DNA of 64,000 nucleotides. Origin: Lama guanicoe. Lineage: Eukaryota. Position numbers and translations under genes: made by a program. The notes below the pieces were generated by a model. It was not told where the DNA came from. It saw nothing but the letters and a program-made list of their open reading frames with translations, and made no database searches. The stretch's first letter is position 1; every line of letters begins with the position of its first letter. Shown here piece after piece: positions 51,726 to 63,454 of the stretch. The stretch spans positions 498,001-562,000 of the forward strand of contig MU053504.1 of the NCBI GenBank assembly GCA_013239625.1, read 5' to 3'.

Positions 51726-53024
51726 GAAGCCCCGTCCCGGCCGGGGCTCCAGCGGCCTGACTACTGATTGTAGGGGTGCCATCCTCCCTCTCGTATGTTC
51801 CCGTGGGGCATCATCTTATTTATTTAGTTTTGGGTTTGGAAGTGGTATTTTTTGGCTGTTAACAGTGTCAGAGGCTGGGAGTCGGGGCTGGGGAAAGGCA
51901 TCCCAAAGCTTCAACAGGAGAGAAGGGAGGAGAGAGCAAGGCAAGAGAGGCACGCTGATGGGACACGTTGCAGAGAGAGAGGGTGAGGTCCCCAACCTGG
52001 CCCCCCGGCCCACCTGGTCCCTCGCACAGGGCAGCCCCTGCTCAGGAAGTCTCTGGTGTGTTTATCCGGGGAGGCCGGGCTTCACTTGTCCTCTGAGCCT
52101 CCCTGTCCCCCACCCCCGCATCCTGTCCAGTTCCCAGCTCACCCCACACCTTCCCTCCCAAGCCACCCCTTGCCCTCAGCCAAGGCTTCCGGGCCAGTAT
52201 TCCCTCCTCAGATGGGGGTCGCTGCAACCCTTCAGGCAGGGTCTGCAGCCACTGGGCCTGGGCTGCGCTCCAGCCTCTTCTAGCTGCTCCCAGTTTGGGA
52301 TTCAGGAGCACAGTCAAGGCCATGGGCTGGAGGACAGGTAGCAATGGGAAGAGGTGGCAGAGAGCAGTGTGGTTCTGTGTCTGTCTGTTCATCCCAGACC
52401 TTCCCCACATCTGTCTTCCCCTCAGTGCTCCTGGGCGTGGTGTGTCAGAGAATTCTCCTGTGAGGCCAGGCGGGTCAGTGCCAGGGTGCGAATGCTCGCC
52501 TGAGCTCCAGGTCCGTCTGGAGACTCTGCCAGCATGAGAGGAGGAGACAGGGGCTGGCGGCTCAAAGGGGCTCCTCCAGACTCTGAGTCGAGGCCCTGGA
52601 GCCTGGGGATGGGGCTGGACTTAGCCATTCCCCTACTGGTTTGACCTTCCCTGGAGCTTGCCTGAGTCTCTCTGGGGACCTTAGGACCAACTTCTGCTTT
52701 GCACTGTGGGGCTTGGTTCTCACATATCCCAGGATCTCCAGTGAGGTGGCTGCTTGCTTTCTAGGGTGAAGGTTCCTAAATCTTATACCTGTCAACCTCT
52801 AAGGGGCAGTTCTGGTGGGATGAACGGCAAGATGGGGTACTGAAGCCACAACGTCCGTGCAGGACATGTAGGCTGCCCTGGGCGGTCTCCCAGATCCGGG
52901 TGGAGTGAGGCTCCCAGCCCAAGCCCAGTGGGCCTGGGAAGGTTCAGTCCCCCTCCTTCCCCGGGACCACATCTTGGTCTCCTAGCAAAGCTGCTGACAT
53001 TTTATTAGCATTATTATTTTACGG

Positions 53025-53030
53025 AATAAA
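53025..53030 (+). promoter_or_regulatory. Candidate proximal SNPH poly(A) signal AATAAA
   Basis: Canonical hexamer in a T-rich patch 1.3 kb after the stop codon. Confidence 0.5.
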
Positions 53031-54819
53031 CCCACTCCTTTTCTCCAGCAGGATTTCTACCCATCTGGTCGCCCCACTCATTCTCCAGAGTCAGGCCCCA
53101 CATTTGGCGGTGGGGGCAGTTGGTGGGACCCTGTGTCTTACTCACCCCTCTGGCCTAGGGGCCACTCTGGTTCTGCCAAGGTTGCTTGCCCACCCCTGCT
53201 GCTCTGACAGCCGCTGCCTGACTCGTGGGCTCCGCCCTTCTTCTCTGTGCCCTCCGCGCCAGGGGGGACGCCTGCATGCACTGGGAGTGGGCAGCTGGCC
53301 CAGCCATCGTGGGGAGAGCCCCTCTGCCACGCACTTTGTGCCTCCAGAGCTCCCCCTCCTCGCTCCAGGCCTCAGACTGCCAGCCTCTGTGGAGCACCTC
53401 CCGCCCCAGTTGAACCAAACCTGAACTCTGGGGGCCGGGCTGGGCTGCCCCACAGGACCCTGGGGTCGCGACATGGAGGGGCAGTGGACAGACCCAATCC
53501 AAAGCCAAGCCAGGACTGGCCTCGGACCCCGCCTCCTGTGCCGTGTACCCACAGAGCTGCATAGTGTCTCCTTAGAGATAGTCAAGGCTTTGCTGAGAAA
53601 ATGTACGACTATATTTGACAACATAAAATCTATATATTTTTCACCAATGGAATCTAGTCAAGCCACGTAGCCCCTCTACTCCTGTCTGCGTCTTGCTGTC
53701 TGTGGCCTTCCTACTGTGTCTTGTGTTCTGGTGGACGTGGTCAGGCCCAGGGCTGTGGTCTGCTCTGTCTCTGATGCTGGAGGAGCCACTTGTGAAGAGC
53801 ATGGACCCCGAGGCCTGTGGATGAGGTGAGTGGGGCCGGGGCCACCCTCTGCTGCTGCTCTGGCCCCCGAGACCTGCCTGTTTGATCATAGGGGCCCCAG
53901 GCCACAGCACAGGGGGTCCTCTCTTTTGGAGGCTTTGGTGGGGCTTTCCATGGGCTTTGCCTCTTGTCAGTGGAGGAGGCGGCCGCTGTCCCAGGCCTGG
54001 GACAGACGCTGGGCCCCCGGCCCGCGCGTGTGTGCGTGTGTGTGCTCAGAATCCCGCATCTATGCAAAAGGGGCGGCGCCTCCCAGCCCTGACCGCAGGG
54101 CTCCAAACGTGGGGCTGGAGGGCGAGGCTGGGGCCCCCTGCTGAGAGCTCACCCTCCAAGGCTCCCTCTTCCTTCCTGCTTGATACCCCCTCCTGTGGGC
54201 TGTGACCTTTCCTCCTGCCCTCCGCTTCTGGAGCAGAAATCTCTGGGGCCTCCCCTCTCCCCAGCCTCTGGCTGGAGCTGATTAGATCCTGAGGGACAAT
54301 GTTCCCAGGAATCAGCTTCTGGAACTGCTGGTCCTTTGGAGCCTCGCTGCCAGAAGTGGCTTCTCCTAAGTTGCGGGGCCCAGGCTGGAGCTACCTGACT
54401 GCTCCTCTGGTCCAGGCTCAAGCAGGAATCAGAGCTGGGGGCCGGGACTCTGCCCAGAGAGCTAGCCTCAAGTGGAGTTTATTCCAAATATCTCCCAACG
54501 GGATAACTTAGCTTTTTATTGAACACCCTTCCCAGTCGCCACTAGCACAGGGGTATCTGGCAGCGCCTAGGGGAGGGGTGCACAAATGACAAGGTCCTGG
54601 GGCCAAGGCCTGCGGAGGGGCCTCTCCCCGGTGAATTCATGACCCCCTCTCTGACCTAGGGGTCAGCGCAAACAACTTACAGTGTGCAATCATATTCGGC
54701 CATGCCCTTAACAGAGAATTCAGGGGATACAGGAAGGTGGGAGGTGGGGAGGGGTCTTCACTTTTGTCTCCTTGGTCCTTTTGTTCAGACAGAGTTGTAC
54801 CTGCAGCTGACAGCTCTGA

Positions 54820-54825
54820 ATTAAA
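54820..54825 (+). promoter_or_regulatory. Candidate distal SNPH poly(A) signal ATTAAA
   Basis: Upstream TGTA (54796) and downstream GU/U-rich element (ttgtgtctttttt at about 54867). Confidence 0.6.
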
Positions 54826-55808
54826 GCATGAAAACACAACAAGACCTTTGGCCTGCTTGCTTTATATTGTGTCTTTTTTGGGGGATGGGGGCATGACGGA
54901 GGCTCAAACTGTCCACACTTGCATGAGAGTCATAACAGGCACACGAGCAAAAGCCGAGCAGGCAGCGATCTCTTCTGAGGTTGAGGGTTCAGCTCTGCCG
55001 TGCCTCTGACTCTCTTCTTGGGGGTCACTTGCCCCCCCCCAAGTGTCAGACTCGCTAGATTCTGTAAGTGCATCATATTCCACCCTCTCCAGCCCCCCTG
55101 ACGTGTTCTCACACCCATCCTGCAGGTGCGGAAGCTGCCACCGTCGCTGAGCAGGGGTGCTCTAAAGCCAGTGCTCCCTTCCAGAGTCCCACCACGTCCC
55201 CACTCTAGTCACCCCTGCTTCAGACTGGCAGGGGCTGTGTGACGGCGGCAAAGTCAAATCAGTGCTCTCAGAGGCAACGCGTAGAACGGCCTTGGTCTCA
55301 CCACTGCTTGAAAGAAAACCAGCTCTCGCATATTTTGGGACCGAGGATTCTGGAATTTCAATTACTTCTGAGAAAGGGATTTCATTTAAAATCAAATCTC
55401 TATTCAAAAGACAGTGAAGGGTTATGACTATATACAGTTTGTGACAAAGAGCAAGTAAAGGAAGACCAATTCTCACAAAGAATGTGTTTGTTCTCTCAAA
55501 ACGTGGAACTGTTTTTTCTGGTAGAGGCAAAATCTTGAAAGAGACCCAGATGCAACTTTCGGAAAGTGGCCGGCCTGCCTACACGCCCAGCATTTAAACC
55601 GGCACAGAGACTCGCTGCCAGTGGGCCCCCCCGCCTTAGTCCCCTTAGCCCAAGGAGGCCAGTGTGTATGAACGACAGACCCACCTGGAACACACCCGCC
55701 TCGAGACAGCCCCGCCCCCAGCGGGCAGGCCTCCGCAAGCAGCCAGTCACCCAAGGACTCTCCCTTCCCTGCAGGAGGCGAGGAGGGCGGAGCTGCCCTC
55801 CTGCTGCT

Positions 55809-55863
55809 TCAGACTTCCGGGATGGAGTGGTCCATGGTGTGGTGGAGCAGCGTCGGGGACAAC
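55809..55863 (-). CDS. SDCBP2: SDCBP2 (syntenin-2) last coding exon
   Basis: Minus strand: tatccag|G TTG TCC CCG...GAA GTC TGA = (K)LSPTLLHHTMDHSIPEV*. Confidence 0.93.
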
Positions 55864-56101
55864 CTGGATACAGCAACAATGCCTGTCGCCAAAACTGGCA
55901 GCTCCTCCTCCCCGGCCCTGGCCCCCCGCCCGTGCAGCCCTGTGGGCCCTCACTCCCATTCCTAAGACTTTCAGATCATCAGACGCCACTGACCACCTTG
56001 AAGGGAGGCGAAGGGAGGAACGCGGAGGGCACGAGCCTCAAGGAAGCCAGGTGGCTGGGAGGCGGGGCGATGAGGGGAAGGCGGGAGGGGAGCAGGCTTA
56101 C

Positions 56102-56193
56102 TTTTTGACCATGTGCTCGTAGATCACTGTGGGGATGATGGTCAGGGTGATGACATTCCCAGCTGTGGCCAGAATCTCCGTAACTTTTTTGTC
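56102..56193 (-). CDS. SDCBP2: SDCBP2 coding exon (end of PDZ2)
   Basis: tctccag|GAC...AAA AA|gtaagc, 92 nt. [30 protein letters not shown](K). Confidence 0.95.
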
Positions 56194-58038
56194 CTGGAGA
56201 AGAATGCGTGAGCAGTCACCCTGGGGGCCAGGGGCAACTCTGCGGGCACTCTCTGTGGCCCCTGCTGGAAGACGGCAGGGACGGAGCTGCCTCCCAGGTG
56301 AGGGTGGCAGGCCCCCACGTGAGGCCCTGCTTGGGCCAGAACATGGGCCTCCCACCCGAGGATCTCTCGGTAAAGTCAGCACGCCATTCGCACCCTCACC
56401 TTGATAGGGCCTCACAAACGTGACTGTCCTCCCCTTCCCCCAGAGAGCCCGGGAATCTCACCAAGCACACATCTTCCAAGCCATCTCCCAGGCTCAGCCA
56501 CACCCCCGCTGGGCTCCTGGCAGCCAGCCAGCCTGAGCCAAGCCCACGGAGTACCCGTTCCTCTTACATCTTGTTGACCAGTTAAAAGAGAGGCCTGCCT
56601 GCAGACGCCATTCAGATCACAGGCAGAACAACAAATGAAGTCTTTGCACAGCATGTGCCAAACAGTCCAAAGACTGATGCTATGGCCATTGCGGGTCTCT
56701 GACTGGGTTATGCATTTTCTTAGTTCCAGGATAAATGGGAGAAGATGTGATCCACAGGACTAGTGATGGCCACAGGGTGGAAACAGAGAGATGTTTGAAA
56801 AGATAAAAATGACCTCAAGAAGGGTACTCTCTGGGGCCACTCAACAAAGGGGCAGACTCATTCCCAAGAGCCTTACACCACCATGGTTTGGCAGGATAAT
56901 TGATAAGTTCGCAGTGATGCCTTGAGTCACCACTGCGGATGAGAGAATCTGCAGCACCTTTTAGAATGAATGCTCTTCAGAAATCTTAAGAGGAAAGAAC
57001 TGTCCTGCTTTGAAAGGAGTGAATTTACTAACATCTGATGGAGCCAGTTACTCAGAATCAGCATTACTGCACTCAGCTTCCTAGTATAATGTGTTTCCTT
57101 CAGATTATCACGCCTGGTCCCAGAGGAAGGGGAGGCTGCAGCAGGAGGGATCTTAGGCAGACATTAGGAAGAACTTCCTGATCACAATGCTCATGAGCCA
57201 CTAGAACAAGCCTCCAGGGAAGGTGGGGAGACCGTCCAGCACAGGGAAGCAGATACACATGAATGGCCTGCTGATGACTCTTGTGAGGGGAGGAGAACTG
57301 GCTTAAAAGACTGCCATCTGTCAAGTGAGATGCCACTGCCCACGCCACCTCCACCAGGGAGCCCTGCCTTGTGAGCCCTGAAGCCCTGGCTGCAGGAAGG
57401 GAAGGGACCCCAACTCGAAATCACAACTGGGATTAAGAACCACTCTTGGTCCCGGTGGCATCAAGTCAGGATAAATCACTCTCACTCATCCAGGGACCCA
57501 AAGCCACGTGACTCATCCTCCTCCATGGACTGAAGGCACCTACCCCTCAGTCTATGTCACAGCACTGGCCTGGACCACTTGCTCCTTCTTGTGTTTAAGG
57601 ATAAAGCCTACCACACACACCTCCTCGGTGTAGGGGGACAGGGAAGAAATACAGTCCTGAATAGTAGTTTTCTGAAATATCCCCATCACTGAATGTGATC
57701 CAAGATGCAAACAGAGGTGCCACACAGAGTAGGGAGGTGTCCACACAGCCAGAAGCCCCCCGGGACCCCTGGTCCTCACAAATGCCATCACACACCCCTG
57801 TCACAGCTCTGGCCTCCGTGTGTAACTAACAACAGCTGACATTTACTGAGCACCGACCTCATGCCTGCACTGTGCGCGCACCTCAATGTACCTAGTTTCA
57901 CTGAATCCCTGCAGCAGCCTTAGGATGAAAAACTGAGGCTGGGGTGGGGGCAGCAGGCCCCCACAGACTCGAATCTTCCCGCAGCCCGGCAGTCTCCCAG
58001 CCCCTGACACTCCGGGGACGGAGCCCACCGACGCCTAC

Positions 58039-58210
58039 CTTCAGCCCGATGACGTTCTGCCCGTTCACCTCGCACACGTAGTGGTTGGTGAGGAGCCCGT
58101 TGCAGGCCGCAGAGCTCCCTTTGACCAAAGAGACGACCTTCCCCTTCTTGATGACGAAGCCTACGTGGCCAGTGCTGTCCTTGTGCATGGTGACGGTCCG
58201 CTGGAATGGC
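58039..58210 (-). CDS. SDCBP2: SDCBP2 coding exon (PDZ2)
   Basis: ctgccag|G CCA...AAG|gtaggc, 172 nt. [57 protein letters not shown]. Confidence 0.96.
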
Positions 58211-58289
58211 CTGGCAGGGAGGGACAGTGAGCTGGGTCTGGGGTGTGCCCGGGGGCAGACAGAGAGGATCCTGGGACCTGGCTACTCAC

Positions 58290-58465
58290 CTGTCCCGAAC
58301 GACCATGACGATCTTCTCGGCTGATGCCCTCTTCAACACACTGTGGGCTTTGTCTGTGCTCCAGCCAGCACAGTCCCGCCCATCAATCTGCAGGATCTGG
58401 TCCCCAAAGCGCAGCCCCACCAGGGACGCGGGGGTGTTGGCCTGGACCAGCTGCACAAAGAGCCC
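58290..58465 (-). CDS. SDCBP2: SDCBP2 coding exon (PDZ1), followed by a 79-nt intron
   Basis: ccccag|GGG...GAC AG|gtgagt, 176 nt. [58 protein letters not shown](R). Confidence 0.96.
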
Positions 58466-59124
58466 CTGGGGGAGGTAGGCCCCACAGTCAGCTCCCCTGG
58501 TCCACCCTGAGCCCATGTCCCTCCTCCAAGCTGCTGTTTGCCTCCTGATTCTCCTGGAGCCTACAGGGTATGGAAATACAGTTCTGCACCACAGGTCCAG
58601 GCAGAACCTGGTGAGGAAACACTCCAGGCCACGCAGCTAGGAAGCAGCAGAGTCAGGAATTCAACCTGGACTGGAGGCTGCACCCCCAACCACTGGAACA
58701 CAAGGTCTGTCACCACAGCATCTGGTGCCCCTGGCTTCCACTGTCTGTAGACTGCCGGCCAGAAGCCAGACCCCTGTGACCGGGGCTAGGGAGGAAGGCA
58801 GGCTCTGAGCCAAGCCCACGGAGGGGCAGGTGGAGCGTCCCTGGGGCAAAGAAGCGCCAGCCCTCAGGCCTTGTGGGAGGGGACTGAGAGGAAGGGCCTG
58901 GCCTTGGGCGTTAGGTGGGCCTCCGCTCCCAGCCTGCCGGACACCTTCCTTACAGGGTTGGACGGGGCTCCCCAGGCTGCCCAGTTCTCGGCCTGGTGAT
59001 GCGTCCAGGACCCGAGATACCGGCGAGGGAGTGAGTGTGGGAAGCTGCGCTGCAGCCGGGCGCTGCAGCACACGCGCTCGCCCTCTGACAGAACCCTCCT
59101 CTCCCGCTGCGCCCCCAGCCCCAC

Positions 59125-59265
59125 CTTGTCGATGGCCCGCAGCCGCAGCCCCGTCTTGCCACGCTCGTCCTTGCACAGGTGGATCTCACGCATCCCGGGC
59201 TTGATCTCCGCACGCAGCACGCCCAAGCTGTTTCCGGACACTGGCGCCACCACCTGACCCGTCGT
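59125..59265 (-). CDS. SDCBP2: SDCBP2 coding exon (linker and start of PDZ1)
   Basis: tctgcag|ACG...AAG|gtgggg, 141 nt. [47 protein letters not shown]. Confidence 0.93.
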
Positions 59266-59559
59266 CTGCAGACAACAGAGGAGCAGGGGGTCGGCTTGGC
59301 CCCTGGGGCCTTGTGCCTCAAGGGTCCCTGGGGAAGAAGAAGGGATGGGGAGAGGAGAATGGAGTGGACCCTGGGCCCCAGCCCACCCCAGACCACATGT
59401 GTCTCCACACACACATGGCTCCATGAAACCACTAGGGGGCGTCAAAGTCCACACCCATAAAAAACAGCCAGGAAATCACGGCGGGAAGAGAGGACAGATA
59501 TAAAGGAAAGGGGCGCTCCTTTTCCAAGGCAAACTGGTATCAGGAGAAGATCCCTTTAA

Positions 59560-61750
59560 ATACACTTAAAAGTAAAGAAAAATTTCACATCACATAGTGA
59601 ACAATTGGGGTATGGGGGGAACAGGCTCAATTTGATTTTTGCCTTGAAAAACATTAAGCTTAAAGTATCAAAATGAATGAATGCTTTCCCTCCTAAGATT
59701 TGGAACAAGGCAAGGATGCCCACTCTCACCACTACTATTAAATATAGTGGAAGAACTAGCCAGAGCAATAAGAAATAAAAGGCATATAGATTGGAAAATA
59801 AGAAATAAAATGGCCCCTGTTTGCATGGCACCCATCAGAAAATTCCAGGGAATATACAAATAAGTTCCTAGAACTCATAAGTGAGCTCAGCAAGGTCACA
59901 GGATACAAGACCAACATACAAAAAAAGTCAAACAAAACATATGCAGGGACTGTATGCTGGAAATGACAAAACACTGATAAAATATATCAAAGAACATCTA
60001 AATAAATGGACAGATATTCTGTATTCATGGATCAGAAGAACATAGTAAAGCTATCAATTGTCCCCAGATTGATATAAAGATTTAAAGCAATTTCTATCAA
60101 AATATCTACAAAATATTTTGTAGACACAGGCAAGGTACCTTTAGAAGTTTATTTAACTTTGTATGAAAAGACAAAGGAACTAGAAGAGCTAAAACTGTTC
60201 TGACAAAAAGAGTAAAGCAGGAGGAATCACTACCAAATTTCAAGACTTATTATATAGTTATAGTAATCAAGATAGTTTGATACTGGCTGAGGGACAGACA
60301 TCTGGATCATAGAGCAGAAGAGAAAATCCAGAAAGAGGCTCACACAAGCAGAGGCCACTGCTTTTTTAACTGAGGTGCAAGAGCAATTCAGTGGCGAAAG
60401 AACAGTCTTTTCAACAAAGGATGTGGGAGCAACCGAACAGCCACAGGCAAAATATGAACTCCGACCTCAGACCGAATACAAAAATTAACTCAAATTCAAT
60501 CATAACTTTAAGTGCAAAACATAAAACTATAACAATTTTAGAAGGAAGTAAAAGGAAAAATCTCCAGGACCTAGGGCTCAGTGAAGTTTCTTAGGACACC
60601 AAAGCATGATCCCTAAAAGAAAAAAAAGCAACAAATCGGACCTCATCAAAGTTAAAAACTTTTGCTCTCCAAGAAACCATTTTAATTCAAGAAGGGTTTA
60701 TTTTTGGAAGGGAACAGCTACACACTGAGAGAAGATAATTTACAAACCACATATCTGACAAAGGACTCTGGAATAAAGCTCAAAGGATGACTTAAAAAAT
60801 CAAAAATCCATTTAGAAAATGAGCAAACAATGAAGAAACATTGTATCAAAAAGAATATTCACTAGTAAATAAGCACATGAAAAGATGTTCATCACTAGCC
60901 ATTAGGGAAATGCAAACTAAGACTATGATAAGACCTCACTATCATAATAACTAAAATTTAAAAGAGTGATAACACCAAATGTTGCCAAGGATGTGATGAA
61001 ACCGAAACACTCACGCATTGCTAGCAGGAAAGTAAAAGGGTACAGTCACTCTGGAAATAACATTTGGCAGTTTCTCTTTTTTTTTTAAAGTTAAACATAC
61101 ATTTTAACACTACCTAGCAACTGCACCCCTGAGCATTTATCCCAGAGAAACGAAAACTTACATCTATACAAAAAGCTGGATGCAAACATCCATCATAATT
61201 TAGTTTGTAACAGACAAAAACTGGAAGCAATTAAAATGTCCCTCAACAGGTTAAACAAACTAGGGCACATCCACAGCATGGAACACAACCCAGAGATAAA
61301 AAAAGAAAGAACTCCTGACACGCGTGACAGCCTGCAAGGCTCTGCAGGCCATGAGGAGGAGTGGAAAGAGCCTACCTGAAGAGGTCACACGCTATGATTC
61401 CACTTGCACAACCTTCTGAAGTGGCAAAGTTAAATTACAGGGACAAAAGCACGCTAGTGGTTGCCAGGAGTTGAGGGAGGTGAGGTGGGGCTGGGCATGA
61501 TTATGATGGGGCAGTAAGAGAAATAGACTTTTGTGGTGATGACATAGTTCTGGTATCTTGACTGCCCTGGTGGCTGCAGACAGGAGAATGACATAGAACC
61601 TTACACACACGTTGTACCGATGAAAAAGACCTGGTTTTGATACTATAGTGTGGTTACATAAAATGGAACTGTTGGGCAAGCTGGGTGAAGAATACAAATT
61701 CTCTATCTTCACAACTTCCTATGAACCTATGGTAACTTAAAAATAAAAAG
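59560..61750 (+). mobile_element. Old L1 (ORF2 RT to 3' end remnants) in an SDCBP2 intron, antisense to the gene
   Basis: Remnant peptide [27 protein letters not shown] (L1 RT motif). A-rich L1 body and 3'UTR ending aaataaaaagttaaaa. Confidence 0.88.
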
Positions 61751-62675
61751 TTAAAACTAAATAAAAAACAATTTTAAAATTTGTAATTATAAAAATACAT
61801 TTGTCTGTCATATTTTTATCAAAATTTAGGTTGTCTTAATTATTGGATCAAAGAAGGATTAAATCACCGAATTAAAACTGGACTTTATACAACATGACCT
61901 ACTTTGTTTCATGTGTGTACTTCCCTACACGAAATACCCCAGGGTGTCACCAGTTTCTCTCACGGTCCCACATGCCCTCATCCTTGTCCGTTTCTCCGGT
62001 GAGACCCTCCTGTGTCGGTGCCGCAGCACACATCGTTGCTTCCAACAACTTCGTGAAATCCTGCCGCCTTAGCAAGATCTGCGTTTGCACTGTGCAGTCG
62101 ATTTGCACTATATCAGGGAGAGGCTGGCGGACAAGGACACTGGCAAGTGGCCCGCAGGGATGCTGGAGCTAACTGGGAGAGGGTTTGGGACTGCTCTTCT
62201 AAGTGAATACATTCCCAAGAGTGAATATTTCTACATTATGATTTCTTTTGCTCCCCAAAGACATGGAGGGCAGCAATCAAGCATTACTATTTAATTTGGG
62301 GACAGGAGCTGGGTGACAAGCTCCTCCCCCAAGGCCCAGCCCAGCAACGCAGCTTCTGTCAGGTCCCAGGCAGCCCTTCATTGCAAGCGCCCAGGCTCAG
62401 ACCGGGTTCAATGCCCTCCCTTCTCATCGAAAAGGCCCAGGTCAGCAGGTCAGAGGTCAAAGGGCAGGCAGTAGCCCTCCAGCCCCAAGGCCCCTGGGGA
62501 AAACCATGAAATCGCACAGCACTTTTAATGAAGGCTCAAGATGAAACGTGCCATCAAGGAACAGAGCCACAGGAATGCTGGGGAAAGAGGAGATTCCAGT
62601 CTGTTTAAACAGCAAGACCAGGGAGGGGCAGTTGGGACATTCTGTGTTCACATTAGGCAAGAGACAAATACCTAC

Positions 62676-62776
62676 ACTGGCACCTTCATGAATCTGAGGC
62701 AGGTTCTGCTGGACTTCTTGGCTGGAGAGGGAAAGACCCATATAATTTTCCAGTTCAGCCAGGTTTGGGTACAGAA
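62676..62776 (-). CDS. SDCBP2: SDCBP2 coding exon (N-terminal domain, LYPxL motif)
   Basis: ttcccatcag|TT CTG TAC...GCC AGT|gtaggt, 101 nt. (V)[33 protein letters not shown]. Confidence 0.94.
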
Positions 62777-63384
62777 CTGATGGGAAGGGAAGGAAAGAAG
62801 AAGAAAGGTGTTACGCGGGGCATGAGCTTAGCCGTACCTACCTGGCTCCCACGTGGTCACTCATTTGTATTAAGAAACAGGGCCTGGGACTGTGGTTTAC
62901 TCCCAAGAATACAGTATCTCCCCGAGAGCCCGCTGCATCCCCAGGAACGCTCGCTGGTGATGGGGGTCATCCCCTCTGATGGTCAGTTTTCTCCAGGAGC
63001 AGCCAGAACACCAAGTACCTCGTGAACACGTTGGTGTTCAACTCAACTGACTTCACCTGGCCCCGGCCGGACCTCAGGGCACCTCTGGGGAGACTGCACG
63101 GTGAGGAGGAGGAGAGTTGATCCTGAGTTCAAGTTTGCTACCACAGGACCTGAATCAAGCCGGCCACGAGCAATTCCAGGGCCACCACACATCTGGCCTT
63201 CCCTGGTGGCCCTAAGTCAGCGCAGTTGGTGCCCTCACAAAGCCTTAGCTTTCTCAGTGTCCCCCCTCAGACGGTTCTAGTGAGGGTCCACCGTGCCCAC
63301 AGCTCAGTGGCTGGCAAGAGGCAGACACTCGGAAATAGCCAGGAGAGGTCACTCTCAGGCAGGATCACCCAGCCACTCCCTTAC

Positions 63385-63454
63385 CTGGAGGCTGGGAGTC
63401 ATTGGTCCCCTGCACTGGCAGGGCGGGCATCCTGGCTGCAGCTCTGGCCTGGGC
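63385..63454 (-). CDS. SDCBP2: SDCBP2 coding exon; the ATG-containing exon lies beyond the window end
   Basis: ctccccag|GCC...CCA G|gtaagg, 70 nt. AQARAAARMPALPVQGTNDSQPP(V) resembles recalled human [23 protein letters not shown]. Phase is compatible with the next exon. Confidence 0.88.

Noticed and set aside
52698..54690. Individual miRNA seed matches in the SNPH 3'UTR (e.g. ttgcactg, gtgcaat)
   Set aside because: 7-mers are expected by chance in a 3-kb UTR and cannot be supported without conservation data.
55566..56122. 180-aa and 152-aa plus-strand ORFs
   Set aside because: Antisense to the SDCBP2 last exons and 3'UTR in GC-rich sequence; no domain signal.
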